A model generated the notes under the pieces. It was not told the origin of the DNA, did not search any database, and saw only the letters and a list, made by a program, of their open reading frames with translations. From positions 9,475 to 73,474 of the forward strand of contig CAZJEA010000001.1 in the NCBI GenBank assembly GCA_964544895.1: a stretch of DNA of 64,000 nucleotides, given 5' to 3'. Shown one piece after another: positions 1-9,899 of this stretch. The position numbers and the translations under genes are program-made. How positions within the stretch are numbered: the first letter of the stretch is position 1; each line of letters opens with the position of its first letter. Source of the DNA: an uncultured Bacteroides sp. (GTDB lineage: Bacteria; Bacteroidota; Bacteroidia; Bacteroidales; Muribaculaceae).

Positions 1-161
1 TGCTCTATGTTGGCGACTCAGGTGTTGATATGGAGACAGCACGTCGCGCCTGTGTTGAAAGCGTGGGAGTGACATGGGGTTTCCGTTCGCGCCAAGAGTT
101 GGAAGCCGGATATGCAGACCACATCATAGATAATGCGGATTACATACTATCGTTACTATAA
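1..161 (+). CDS. HAD-family phosphatase (phosphoglycolate phosphatase-like), 3' fragment cut by the window edge
   Basis: Hand translation from position 3: LYVGDSGVDMETARRACVESVGVTWGFRSRQEL...ADHIID, stop TAA at 159-161. YVGDS-x2-D is HAD motif IV. Confidence 0.8.
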   Translation, partial: LYVGDSGVDMETARRACVESVGVTWGFRSRQELEAGYADHIIDNADYILSLL

Positions 162-191
162 AAAATAGTAAAGTAAAATCTAATCATATTT

Positions 192-1082
192 ATGAACAAA
201 ACATTGAAAGGGCACAGCGCGATGTTGTGCGCTAATGTCATGTGGGGATTGATGTCGCCCATAGCAAAGTTTGTAATGATAGGCGGTATCATCACACCAC
301 TTATAGTTACAAACTTGCGCATAGCCGGAGCGATGATATTATTTTGGATAGCATCGTTATTTACACCTAAAGAGCATGTGCCCAAAGGAGATTTAGCCCG
401 ATTGTTTGTCGCTTCGCTAATGGCCATAGTCTTTAACCAGGGTTGCTTTATATTTGGAGTTGGCTTGACTACCCCCGGAGATGCCTCAATAATCACTACA
501 AGTATGCCATTATGGGCAATGATATTGTCGGCATTTATACTAAAAGAGAGGATAACCGGCAGAAAGATTGGAGGTATAATAGCCGGAGCTACCGGAGCGA
601 TTTTGCTAATCATGGGCGGCAAAAGCCATAGCAACATCACCGTTGCGCCAACCAATGCAATATTAGGCGATATATTAGTGTTAATAGCACAGTTTAGCTA
701 TGCACTTTACATAGTGATCTACAAAAATTTTGTGAGCAAATATTCGATGTTCACAATAATGAAGTGGATGTTTACCTTTGCATTTATCTGTGTGATACCA
801 TTTTCAGCTGACTCGATATTGACTACCGATTGGATGACAGTCAGTTGGCTACAGATAGCAGGTATAGCATTTATCGTAGTGTGCGGCACGTTTGTGAGCT
901 ACACATTTATCGTCGTAGCACAAAAGAGTCTAAGTCCGACAGTAGCAGCGACCTACAACTACGTGCAGCCTACGGTAGCGTGCATAGTAGCAATAATGTG
1001 GGGAATGGACTCATTTAGCTTATTGAAAGGAATAGCAATAATACTAATCTTTGGCGGAGTTTATTTGGTCACCCGCAAATAA
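192..1082 (+). CDS. DMT/EamA family inner-membrane transporter
   Basis: 296 aa with about 10 hydrophobic segments in two EamA-like repeats (ANVMWG, ILKERIT, GDILVL, YNYVQP). Confidence 0.88.
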   Translation: MNKTLKGHSAMLCANVMWGLMSPIAKFVMIGGIITPLIVTNLRIAGAMILFWIASLFTPKEHVPKGDLARLFVASLMAIVFNQGCFIFGVGLTTPGDASIITTSMPLWAMILSAFILKERITGRKIGGIIAGATGAILLIMGGKSHSNITVAPTNAILGDILVLIAQFSYALYIVIYKNFVSKYSMFTIMKWMFTFAFICVIPFSADSILTTDWMTVSWLQIAGIAFIVVCGTFVSYTFIVVAQKSLSPTVAATYNYVQPTVACIVAIMWGMDSFSLLKGIAIILIFGGVYLVTRK

Positions 1083-1124
1083 GAATCCTCTTCCTTATCA
1101 CCATGATGCGAAAAGCCGAGTAGC

Positions 1125-1242
1125 GTTTTTTATACGCACCGGAGGGGGACGTCCACCTCGGGTTGCGGCGGCTCTGCCGGCCTTACCCAAGGCTACATTA
1201 TTAGCACCGCTACGCGGAGCGCTAGCCGCTACACGGCATTTC
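1125..1242 (-). repeat. Dispersed GC-rich palindromic (REP-like) element, copy 1
   Basis: Reverse complement gaaatgccgtgtagcggctagcgctccgcgtagcggtgctaataatgtagccttgggtaaggccggcagagccgccgcaacccgagg...ggtgcgtataaaaaac aligns by eye with 42478-42617. Lies between convergent genes. Confidence 0.85.
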
Positions 1243-1287
1243 GCAACCCAGTAATGAAGCGGATACGCATAGCGGTGCGTAAGTGTT

Positions 1288-4200
1288 TTAGGGTACGATT
1301 TTGAGTGTAGACGGAGCAGTGCGATCGGATTGGGTGACTTGTATTTGCACCGGAATGCGTTCGCGAAGCTCTGCTACGTGGCTAATTATACCAACACGAC
1401 GACGATTGTTAGAATGTAGCAAGCGGAGAGTTTCAATTGCTTTTTGTAATGGTTCACCGCTAAGAGTTCCAAAACCTTCATCAATGAAAAGGGTATCAAT
1501 GCCTGTAAGAGAGCCGAGATCACTTAATGCTAAAGCAAGAGCTAGAGAAACGAGGAATGTTTCGCCACCGGAGATGGTGTTAGCTGTGCGTGTGGTGTAA
1601 CCTTGATAAGCATCAGTGACAAGGATAATGAAAGTGCCGGGTTGCACGCTGAGGGTGTAGCGGTCGGTAAGTCGCGACATATAAACGTTAGCCGAACGAA
1701 TCAGGCTATTGAGCACATAGCTAAGAGCTATGGTGCGGAAGCGTTTGCCTTCGCTGTCACCAATGAGTTTGTTGAGAGCCTCCCAGCGTTGATATACAGC
1801 CGCGAGTTTGTCACACTCCTCTTGATCGGAACGACGACGAGCGATAGCTTCATCATTAGCATTAATTTTTTGAGTTATTGCGCCACGTTGTTGAGTGATT
1901 TGCTCGCGATCGTTTTCAAGATTCTCAATATTTTGCGAAAGTTGCTCCTTAGTAGTGTCAGGATTTTCACAAAGCGCTTTAGGTCTTTTTAGAGAGTGCT
2001 GAGCGTGCGAAGTGATAGCTTGCTCGAGAGCGCCTTTGTAGTTATTAACCTTCTCATTGAGCTTAGAGATAGTCTGACGGAGGGATTGTATTTGTTGGTC
2101 AGAAATATTAGCGAGCTCGGAAATGCGCTGAGCAGAGAAATCAGGATTATCTTGAATGAAAGAATCAAGATTATGCTGAGCTGTGGCGATAGTAACATTT
2201 GCAGCAGCGATGGCATCTGCGGCAGACTTAACGTCGGCAGCTACGGCATTGAGGGCTTCGGCAACATCATTAGAATGTGATGGTTTAGAAGCGACAATGT
2301 CAGCCCACTGCGGCATAGAATCAGCTACGCGAGCAGCGGCTTTTTTAGCGGCATCGGCTTGCAAAGTTTTGTTGTTAATATCTTTGTCAAGCGTATCAAC
2401 GAGCTCAGTGAGACGGATATAATTTTCTTTTTTCTCAGTAAGTTCGGCACAGAACTTTTGTGAAAGCGTTAACGGATCGTTATCCCAATCAGGCGAGTCG
2501 GCGAGTAAAGTCGCAACATTTTCTTTAGCCGCATCAGCAATAGTCTTTTGGCTAGCAGCGAGTTCAATTTTTGTAGAACGCGCCGACGAAAGTTCGGTTT
2601 GCTTATTAGAAATAGAATTGATGAGGTTTGCATCGTCATCGCATTTTTTGCGATCTTTTTCAAATTGAGCCTGCAATTTATTGAGCTTAATTTGAAGATT
2701 ATCAACTTCGGCAATAGACTTATTGAGGTCGTTAAGAGCAAGTTCTAACGAAGATTTAGAATTCTGCAAAGCAGCCAAAGTTTCATCGGGAGAGGAATAA
2801 CTGACGTTGCAAATGTTGCAAGCTTGCTTTAAATTATTTAAAGACTCTTCAGTTTCAGCCTTATATTTATTTTGTTTAGCTTTGGCATCGTTGATGTTAT
2901 CATCATCGGTTTTAATGCGGCTTCGGCATGCGTGCACATTTTCTTGAGCCTTGAGGTAGTCACGCTCAGCATCAGCGAGAGCTTGATCGGCAGCGTCAAG
3001 AATTTTCTTTAGCGTGTCGGCAATAGGCAGAGTGTCAATAATGATTTGGCCACAGACGGGGCATTTATCGCCGGGGATGAGACCATTTCTGAGCGTTTGA
3101 GCGGCATCGCCGGCAGCAACACTTTGCTTGTCGCGAGTGGTACGTGCACTTTTAAGGGCATCAGCCTTGGCAGCGAAAACAGCTTCAGCCACTTTAAGGT
3201 CGGCTTCTTGTTTAGCCTTGTCGTCAGCGTATTTATCTAAAGAAGCTTGAACATCGGCGAGGAAAGAACAATTGTTTTTATACTGATTTACAGCGCTAAC
3301 AGCATTAGCGATGTTAGTCAGCGAGAGTTGAATTGTGTCTTTTTGCTTACGCAAATCAGCGACATTTTTATCGTCAATGCATTTTTGCAACTCAGAGTTT
3401 TGCTTTTTACTATTCTCGAGATCTTGTCTTTGCTTTTCCAATTTAGGTTGGAGATCCTCGAGTTGCTTAGCGATAGAGTTAATCTGATTAGAAAGGTCAT
3501 CGGCATCCTTGCGATATTCGTCAGCTTTTTTATTAGCGTTAAGTGCATTATTGAGTTGGGAGCAAATCTCGCCAGCAGCATCGTAAGCTTTTTTGCGTGG
3601 CAATTCGTTTTGCAGACTATTATTAGCCTCAGAGAGTTTAGACTTTAAAGCCGCAATAGAGTTATCAAACTCAGCACAGTCAGCCAACAAAGCAGCATAA
3701 GAAGACTTTAGCGAGTCAAACTTTTTGTTAGCATCAGCGATGACTTTTTGCTGTTCGGCAATTTGTCGCACAAAGTTACGAGCCTGACCGGTGGCATCAT
3801 ATTGGTCAATGTCAGCTTTGGCAGCGATAAAGTCGTCGGTTTGAGTTTCGGCGACAGCAGTATTTAGCTGTTCAGTCAGATCGGTTTCAGTTTTAGCTAA
3901 TCTGTCTTCATCAACCAGCCAATTTCTGTCATCAGACAAAGTCTTAATTTGAGAATTTATTTGATCAATTTTTGTTTGCGATTCGGCAATGAGTTTATTT
4001 AGAGACTCAATTTCTTCATCAGAAAGTACTTTGATTTGGTCGAGTTTGAGTTTACAAATGTCGTACTCCTCTTTGTGCTGCTTAGTAACAGCAAAAATGC
4101 GACTACCAATGCGTTGATAGATATCTGCGCCGGTAATTTTTTCGAGAATTTCAGCCTTTTCGCTTTCCTTACTAGACAAGAATTTGTCGAACTCGCCTTG

Positions 4201-4695
4201 CGATAGCATTGTGGTGCGACAAAATTGGTCGTAATCCAAGCCGATAAGTTGACTAATGCGCTCTTTAATGTCTGCTTCGATTTTTAGAGTGTGTTTTTTG
4301 TCAAGGTCAGTGAGAGTCCAAACACGTTTTTGGAGAGTTCCGTTAGGTTTATTGTAAGCACGGTTAACACCCCAATAAGCTTCAAAATTAATGTCCGAAG
4401 CATTAAATTGCAAGGCTACAAAACCTTCGCCGGCATTACGGCGCAAGAAGCGGCGAGCATCGGTGAGAGTAAGGCCATCGTGTTTATTGATAACCGAAGT
4501 TGTATCAGCCTCCTCAATACGCGGAGTTTTGCCATATAGAGCCATGCAAATGGCATCAAGAATGGTAGATTTACCGGAGCCGGTGATACCTGTAATGAGG
4601 AAAACATCAGCAGAATTAAGGGGTTCTTTTTCAAAATCTATAACAGCATCTTGAAATGAAGCGATGTTGTGTATGGTAAGTTTTTTGAGTTTCAT
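1288..4695 (-). CDS. sbcC: SbcC (Rad50-like) SMC ATPase
   Basis: Walker A GITGSGKS, Q-loop LSQGEF, long coiled coils with central zinc hook CPVCG, signature ISGGE, Walker B LFIDEGFG. Adjacent to sbcD. Confidence 0.95.
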   Translation of the reverse strand: MKLKKLTIHNIASFQDAVIDFEKEPLNSADVFLITGITGSGKSTILDAICMALYGKTPRIEEADTTSVINKHDGLTLTDARRFLRRNAGEGFVALQFNASDINFEAYWGVNRAYNKPNGTLQKRVWTLTDLDKKHTLKIEADIKERISQLIGLDYDQFCRTTMLSQGEFDKFLSSKESEKAEILEKITGADIYQRIGSRIFAVTKQHKEEYDICKLKLDQIKVLSDEEIESLNKLIAESQTKIDQINSQIKTLSDDRNWLVDEDRLAKTETDLTEQLNTAVAETQTDDFIAAKADIDQYDATGQARNFVRQIAEQQKVIADANKKFDSLKSSYAALLADCAEFDNSIAALKSKLSEANNSLQNELPRKKAYDAAGEICSQLNNALNANKKADEYRKDADDLSNQINSIAKQLEDLQPKLEKQRQDLENSKKQNSELQKCIDDKNVADLRKQKDTIQLSLTNIANAVSAVNQYKNNCSFLADVQASLDKYADDKAKQEADLKVAEAVFAAKADALKSARTTRDKQSVAAGDAAQTLRNGLIPGDKCPVCGQIIIDTLPIADTLKKILDAADQALADAERDYLKAQENVHACRSRIKTDDDNINDAKAKQNKYKAETEESLNNLKQACNICNVSYSSPDETLAALQNSKSSLELALNDLNKSIAEVDNLQIKLNKLQAQFEKDRKKCDDDANLINSISNKQTELSSARSTKIELAASQKTIADAAKENVATLLADSPDWDNDPLTLSQKFCAELTEKKENYIRLTELVDTLDKDINNKTLQADAAKKAAARVADSMPQWADIVASKPSHSNDVAEALNAVAADVKSAADAIAAANVTIATAQHNLDSFIQDNPDFSAQRISELANISDQQIQSLRQTISKLNEKVNNYKGALEQAITSHAQHSLKRPKALCENPDTTKEQLSQNIENLENDREQITQQRGAITQKINANDEAIARRRSDQEECDKLAAVYQRWEALNKLIGDSEGKRFRTIALSYVLNSLIRSANVYMSRLTDRYTLSVQPGTFIILVTDAYQGYTTRTANTISGGETFLVSLALALALSDLGSLTGIDTLFIDEGFGTLSGEPLQKAIETLRLLHSNNRRRVGIISHVAELRERIPVQIQVTQSDRTAPSTLKIVP

Positions 4696-4697
4696 AA

Positions 4698-5906
4698 TTA
4701 TTGAGCAGCTTCGGATGTAACAATTTTTTCAATTTCGTTGAACAACTCAATCATATCGTCAGAGAAAGCCACACCCGTATCGGCAGCATATTGCTTGGCA
4801 ATGGTTATAGGCGGGAGATTGCGAAGCTCGTCGACAGCGAGGTCTCTATCGGAGATAGCAGTTTGTATATTGTCGCGCACAACATTAATCAAGCAATAGT
4901 TGTGTTGAGCAGCGACAACAGCATTACGCACGGTTGTTTCAGCCTCGGGAGGCATAACTTGACCGGGGTCGAGGTGCATATTCACACGGATAAGTGAGCC
5001 TTTTTCTAAGTCGGGGAGTTGGAGAAGGAGATCGAGATTTGAGCGGATTTCATCCCAGCTAAATCCACGACTGCCGCCAAGAGTGACGAGTTTACGTCCG
5101 GCGTTAACCGGAATTTCAACAACTTGAGGCATATCGTTGTGAGATTCGATAGAGACTATGCTAACAGAGTGAGGATAGGCTTCATCAAAGTTCACAGGCA
5201 TAGGCGTACCGGCGTAACGAGCATGGTTTCCGCTTGTTGGTACAAACTGAGGGTGATGTATGTGCCCCAGAGCAAGGTAATCGTAACCGGAACCGAGCTC
5301 AGAGAGAGCGACGGCATCAACACCGCCAACGATGTGCTCATTACTATTTTCGTGGCCGGAGAAATCAGCTCCCGAAACGGTGAGATGCGCCATCATTACA
5401 ACCGGGAGGTTAAGATTATTTTTTTCAGCTACTCTGTCGAGTAAACGCTGATAGAAATTTTCGGGTAGATTGCGTGGATGAACATACGGCATAGCGACAA
5501 CGAAACCTTTTTGCGGTATTTCAATAATGAGTCGGTCGAGGATATCGTTGGTAATTTCTTCACTAGCAGAGCATCCGGGTTGTCCAATCATAATAACATT
5601 CCACTTGCTCCATGGAATAGAGAGGACTTCGTGGCGGGAGGGACTATCATGGTTACCCGCAGTAGCGATAATGACAGACGAAGGAGAAGCATCTTTAATT
5701 TTCTCGAAACCTTCGTTAAGGAGCTGCATAGAAGCCGCCGAAGGTTGTCCGGTGTGAAAGATATCGCCACAAACAATTATAACGTCAGGTTTTTGGTCTC
5801 GAGCTATTTTGCTAATTTCATCAAGCATTTGCTCGTGGTCGCAAGCGCGATCGTAACCATAAAGAATGTGGCCAATATGCCAATCGCCGGTATGCAATAA
5901 TTTCAT
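4698..5906 (-). CDS. sbcD: SbcD (Mre11-like) nuclease
   Basis: Metallophosphoesterase motifs HTGDWHIG, GDIFH, GNHD, ALGHIH. Start moved to the ATG at 5906 because a -7 box (TATTTTTG, 5931-5938, minus strand) overlaps the longer TTG start. Confidence 0.95.
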   Translation of the reverse strand: MKLLHTGDWHIGHILYGYDRACDHEQMLDEISKIARDQKPDVIIVCGDIFHTGQPSAASMQLLNEGFEKIKDASPSSVIIATAGNHDSPSRHEVLSIPWSKWNVIMIGQPGCSASEEITNDILDRLIIEIPQKGFVVAMPYVHPRNLPENFYQRLLDRVAEKNNLNLPVVMMAHLTVSGADFSGHENSNEHIVGGVDAVALSELGSGYDYLALGHIHHPQFVPTSGNHARYAGTPMPVNFDEAYPHSVSIVSIESHNDMPQVVEIPVNAGRKLVTLGGSRGFSWDEIRSNLDLLLQLPDLEKGSLIRVNMHLDPGQVMPPEAETTVRNAVVAAQHNYCLINVVRDNIQTAISDRDLAVDELRNLPPITIAKQYAADTGVAFSDDMIELFNEIEKIVTSEAAQ

Positions 5907-5995
5907 TTTTTCGCAGATTAAATTTTTGTTCAAAAATACGAAAAAAACAGCAAAAAAACGAATAAAAGCGCAATTAATGCGAACGGCGGTGTTGT

Positions 5996-6024
5996 AAAAA
6001 AGGCTGCACCGATTGGCGCAGCCT
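5996..6024 (-). terminator. Intrinsic terminator downstream of nhaD
   Basis: aggctgc...gcagcct hairpin followed by a T-run on the minus strand. Confidence 0.7.
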
Positions 6025-6050
6025 CATGCTTAGTTGTATGTGATTAGCGA

Positions 6051-7445
6051 TTAGCCGAAAATCATGTGCTCGACGATGTAAATGCCAACGCCGGCAAGGT
6101 AACCTAAAGCTGCTAACCAAGAGAATTTTTTGAGATACCAGCCAAAGTTCATTTTTTCGATACCCATAGTGATAACACCTGCGGCAGAACCAATGATTAG
6201 CATCGAACCACCGACACCGGCGCAGTAGCTAAGCAAGCCCCAGAAGTGACCGTCGACGACGAAGTTTGCAGCATATCCAACAGAACCGGGATCGGCAACA
6301 GGATACATGCCCATAACACCAGCCACCATAGGCACGTTGTCGATGATAGCGGAGAGAGCTCCGAGCAATGTGTCGATGCCATAAATGTGGTGAATAGTAG
6401 TGTCGAGGTAGTCAGCAAGAGTGGCAAGGACACCGGTAGATTGGAGAACGGCGACAGCCATAAGTATGCCGAGGAAGAAAAGTATAGATGGCATATCTAT
6501 GCGAGAAATAACTCGAGGTATGCGATATTGTTTAGCCTTAACAAGGACTTTTCCGTTGTAGAAACATTCGATGAACACCCAAAGTATGCCAAGGACAAGG
6601 AGGATGCCGATGAATGGAGGGAGGTGAGTTATGGTTTTGAATACGGGCACAAGGAGAAGGCCAACAACGCCGAGAATGAAAATGATTGTACGGTCGCGAT
6701 TGGTGAGGTCTTCGTTAGTATATCCGGTGTTTTCGGGAACGGGGAGCTCACCTTTGAGCTGACGAGAGATGAAAGCAACGGGAATAACCATAGAGACAAT
6801 AGACGGGAGCAAGACGAATTTAATGAGGGCTTGAACCGTGACATTACCTTTAGCCCAAAGGAGTATAGTAGTAACGTCGCCAATAGGAGACCAAGCGCCA
6901 CCACTGTTAGCAGCGATGACGATTGAACCGGCATAAAGCCAACGTTCTTGTTTGTCGGGGACAAATTTACGCAAAAGAGTGAGCATCACAATAGTAGTTG
7001 TGAGGTTATCGAGGACAGCAGACATGAAGAAAGTGAGCCAAGCCATCACCCAAAGAAGGCCACGTTTGTTGCGGGTGCGTATGCGAGAGGTAATAACAGT
7101 AAATCCTTCGTGAATATCAATAAGTTCGACAATAGTCATCGCACCGAGTAGGAAAAGCACGGTTTGAGCGATGTCTCCAAGATGCTCGACAACGTCGACA
7201 TTAATAATGTAGTCGAGAGCTTGATGAGCAGTGTCGGCAGATAACAAAGAAGGATTTTCGGCTAAATAGCGCTGGAATTTTTCGCCGGCAAATTGAGGGA
7301 CAAGAGTTTCGGCGCCGAGCGCATAGAGCATCCAAAGTAGCATACCTAAAACTAAGGCAGTAGCAGTCTTATCTACCTTAAGAGGATGCTCGAGGGCTAT
7401 AGCTAGATAGCCAACGACGAATAAGATTACGATAGCTGTAAGCAT
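6051..7445 (-). CDS. nhaD: NhaD-family Na+/H+ antiporter
   Basis: Polytopic membrane protein with SAVLDNLTT, AANSGGAWSPIGDVTT, SAIIDNVP and GGSMLIIGSAAG motifs. Confidence 0.88.
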   Translation of the reverse strand: MLTAIVILFVVGYLAIALEHPLKVDKTATALVLGMLLWMLYALGAETLVPQFAGEKFQRYLAENPSLLSADTAHQALDYIINVDVVEHLGDIAQTVLFLLGAMTIVELIDIHEGFTVITSRIRTRNKRGLLWVMAWLTFFMSAVLDNLTTTIVMLTLLRKFVPDKQERWLYAGSIVIAANSGGAWSPIGDVTTILLWAKGNVTVQALIKFVLLPSIVSMVIPVAFISRQLKGELPVPENTGYTNEDLTNRDRTIIFILGVVGLLLVPVFKTITHLPPFIGILLVLGILWVFIECFYNGKVLVKAKQYRIPRVISRIDMPSILFFLGILMAVAVLQSTGVLATLADYLDTTIHHIYGIDTLLGALSAIIDNVPMVAGVMGMYPVADPGSVGYAANFVVDGHFWGLLSYCAGVGGSMLIIGSAAGVITMGIEKMNFGWYLKKFSWLAALGYLAGVGIYIVEHMIFG

Positions 7446-7647
7446 GTAGTTGATAAAGTTTTAATGTGGCCTAAAGGTCGCAGATATTTGGTTAACGTTT
7501 TTATTGGTACGGCTGCGAAGTTACGAAAAGTTTGCGAGAAAAAGCGGAATAAATAGAGAAAAATTTCGTTAATTAATGTTTTACGAAAAAAAAGAGGGAA
7601 AAGGACATAAAATAAAGATAAATTGAGGTTGCTAAAGAATTAATTGT

Positions 7648-7655
7648 TAACTTTG
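7648..7655 (+). promoter_or_regulatory. Bacteroidetes sigma-A -7 box for the S9 peptidase
   Basis: TAACTTTG matches TAnnTTTG, about 54 nt upstream of the ATG. Confidence 0.6.
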
Positions 7656-7708
7656 TAGAGTGTAAAACACAATCGCAAAAGAGACATTTAACAATTACAA
7701 AAAATAAA

Positions 7709-9826
7709 ATGAACGTAACCAAATCATTAGCAATGGGAGCAACAGCTCTAATGTTAGCCGCAGGCGCGCCCATGGCAACAGCCACCGAAGACGCACCGCT
7801 AATAGACCGCACAGATTTTAAGAGTAAGAGCGGAATATTTGATATAGATGCTCTTATGTCGTTGGGCCGCGTATCGAGCCCGAAAGTATCGCCGGACAAG
7901 AAGAAAGTGCTCTACGGTGTGTCGTATGAAAGCGTGGAGCAGAACAAGTCGAACAATGACTTGTATGTTTGCGATATAGACGGAAAGAATGTGGTACGTC
8001 TGACGAAGACACCGAAAAGCGAAAGCAATGCCGTATGGATAGACGGAGGAAAGCGCATAGCGTTTATGTATGCCGATGCAAAGGGTCAAGCTCAAATGTG
8101 GGTGATGGATGCCGATGGCAGCAACAGACAATGTGTGAGCGACGTTGAAGGCGGCATAGCCGGATTTTTATTGTCACCTGACGAGAAAAAGATTGTTGTG
8201 ATACGCAATCTCAAGTCAGTGCAAGAAGCTAAAGATTTGTATCCTGACCTGCCCGAGGCAACAGGACGAGTAATAGACGACTTGATGTATAAGCACTGGG
8301 ATGAGTGGGTAACAGAAATACCCCACCCCTTTGTAGGTAGCTTTGACGGAACGAAAGTGAGCGGTCTTAAAGACATAATGGACGGTGAGCCCTACGAAGC
8401 ACCGATGAAACCCTTTGGCGGAGTTGAATCGTTTGCATGGTCGCCCGACTCAGAAAATTTGATATATGTGTCGCGCAAGAAGACAGGCAAAGAATATGCA
8501 GAGTCAACCAACAGCGACTTATACAAATATAACTTGGCTAGCGGAGAGACAAAAAATATAACCGAAGGAATGATGGGCTATGATCAAAATCCAGCCTACT
8601 CAGCCGACGGCAAATATGTGGCATGGTTGTCGATGGAAAGAGACGGCTATGAGGCAGACAAACAACGTTTGTTTATTATGGACACCGCAACAGGCGAGAA
8701 AACCGATTTGACAGCAAATTGGGATTATACGATAGAAGAATTTGCATGGCGTCCTGACGGCAAATCAATAGTATTTATAGCATACTATCACGGAGGAGCA
8801 CCTGTGTTTAGCATCGACCTGAAGACAAAAGCAGTGAGCAAACTTGCAGAAGGACAATGCGACTACACATCGTTAGAAGTAGTAGACAACAATAACTTAA
8901 TAACAATGCAGCACTCAATGGTTCGTCCGAACGAGTTATATAGTGTGTACACAAAAGGCAAAAAGAACACCGTAACACGTTTGACCGACACCAACGACCA
9001 TATCTTTAATCAGTTGACAATGCCAACAGTTGAAGGGAAAATGGTGCCGACAACAGATGGCAAAGAGATGTTGACATGGGTTGTATATCCGCCAAAATTT
9101 GATAGCACCAAGAAATATCCGGCAATATTGTTCTGCGAAGGCGGACCACAAAGCTCAGTAAGCCAATTTTGGAGCTATCGCTGGAACTTTGCACTTCAAG
9201 CATCAAACGGCTATATCATGATAGCACCCAACCGTCGCGGCGTGCCCGGATTTGGAACAGAGTGGGAAGAACAAATTTCTAAAGACTACACCGGTCAAAA
9301 TATGAAAGACTATTTGAGTGCAGTAGATTATATGAAGGCAAATGAGCCGGCAATAGATGCAGCACACATAGGATGCACCGGAGCAAGCTACGGAGGCTAT
9401 TCGACATATTGGTTGGCAGGTAACCACGATCATAGATTTGCAGCATTTTTTGCTCACGCAGGTATATTCAACACCGAAGCACAGTACTTAGAAACCGAAG
9501 AAATGTGGTTTGCTAACTGGGATATGGGAGGTGCATACTGGGACAAGAACAATGCCGCAGCACAACGCACATACGCCGAATCGCCCCACAAATTTGTAGA
9601 TAAATGGGATGCGCCGATAATGATCTCGCATGGAGAATATGACTTCCGCATCTTAGCATCGCAAGGCATGATGGCATTTAATGCAGCAAAACTGCGTGGC
9701 ATACCCGCTGAGATGGTAATCTTCCCGGATGAAAATCACTGGATTTTAAAGCCACAAAATGCAGTGCAATGGCAACGTTTGTTCTTCCGTTGGTTTGACA
9801 AATGGTTGAAACCCGAATCGAAATAA
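7709..9826 (+). CDS. S9 family peptidase (dipeptidyl-peptidase 5-like), exported
   Basis: Signal peptide, PD40/beta-propeller repeats (WSPD, YSADG, WRPDG), nucleophile GASYGG, catalytic Asp (DFRI) and His (ENHW). Confidence 0.9.
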   Translation: MNVTKSLAMGATALMLAAGAPMATATEDAPLIDRTDFKSKSGIFDIDALMSLGRVSSPKVSPDKKKVLYGVSYESVEQNKSNNDLYVCDIDGKNVVRLTKTPKSESNAVWIDGGKRIAFMYADAKGQAQMWVMDADGSNRQCVSDVEGGIAGFLLSPDEKKIVVIRNLKSVQEAKDLYPDLPEATGRVIDDLMYKHWDEWVTEIPHPFVGSFDGTKVSGLKDIMDGEPYEAPMKPFGGVESFAWSPDSENLIYVSRKKTGKEYAESTNSDLYKYNLASGETKNITEGMMGYDQNPAYSADGKYVAWLSMERDGYEADKQRLFIMDTATGEKTDLTANWDYTIEEFAWRPDGKSIVFIAYYHGGAPVFSIDLKTKAVSKLAEGQCDYTSLEVVDNNNLITMQHSMVRPNELYSVYTKGKKNTVTRLTDTNDHIFNQLTMPTVEGKMVPTTDGKEMLTWVVYPPKFDSTKKYPAILFCEGGPQSSVSQFWSYRWNFALQASNGYIMIAPNRRGVPGFGTEWEEQISKDYTGQNMKDYLSAVDYMKANEPAIDAAHIGCTGASYGGYSTYWLAGNHDHRFAAFFAHAGIFNTEAQYLETEEMWFANWDMGGAYWDKNNAAAQRTYAESPHKFVDKWDAPIMISHGEYDFRILASQGMMAFNAAKLRGIPAEMVIFPDENHWILKPQNAVQWQRLFFRWFDKWLKPESK

Positions 9827-9839
9827 ATTTTGATAATTG

Positions 9840-9891
9840 CATACAAAAAACAGAGAGATTGCACGATGGTGATCTCTCTGTTTTTTGTATG
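9840..9891. terminator. Bidirectional terminator between convergent genes
   Basis: catacaaaaaacagagagat...atctctctgttttttgtatg long inverted repeat with A/T tails on both sides. Confidence 0.85.
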
Positions 9892-9899
9892 TTTTTAAA

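Noticed and set aside
1051-1254. 67-aa ORF, and the similar ORFs at 42188-42406 and 42488-42673
   Set aside because: They are read-throughs of GC-rich repeat elements with no protein features.
1900-4100. Repetitive Ala/Lys/Asp-rich periodicity in sbcC
   Set aside because: Ordinary coiled-coil heptads, not a DNA repeat.
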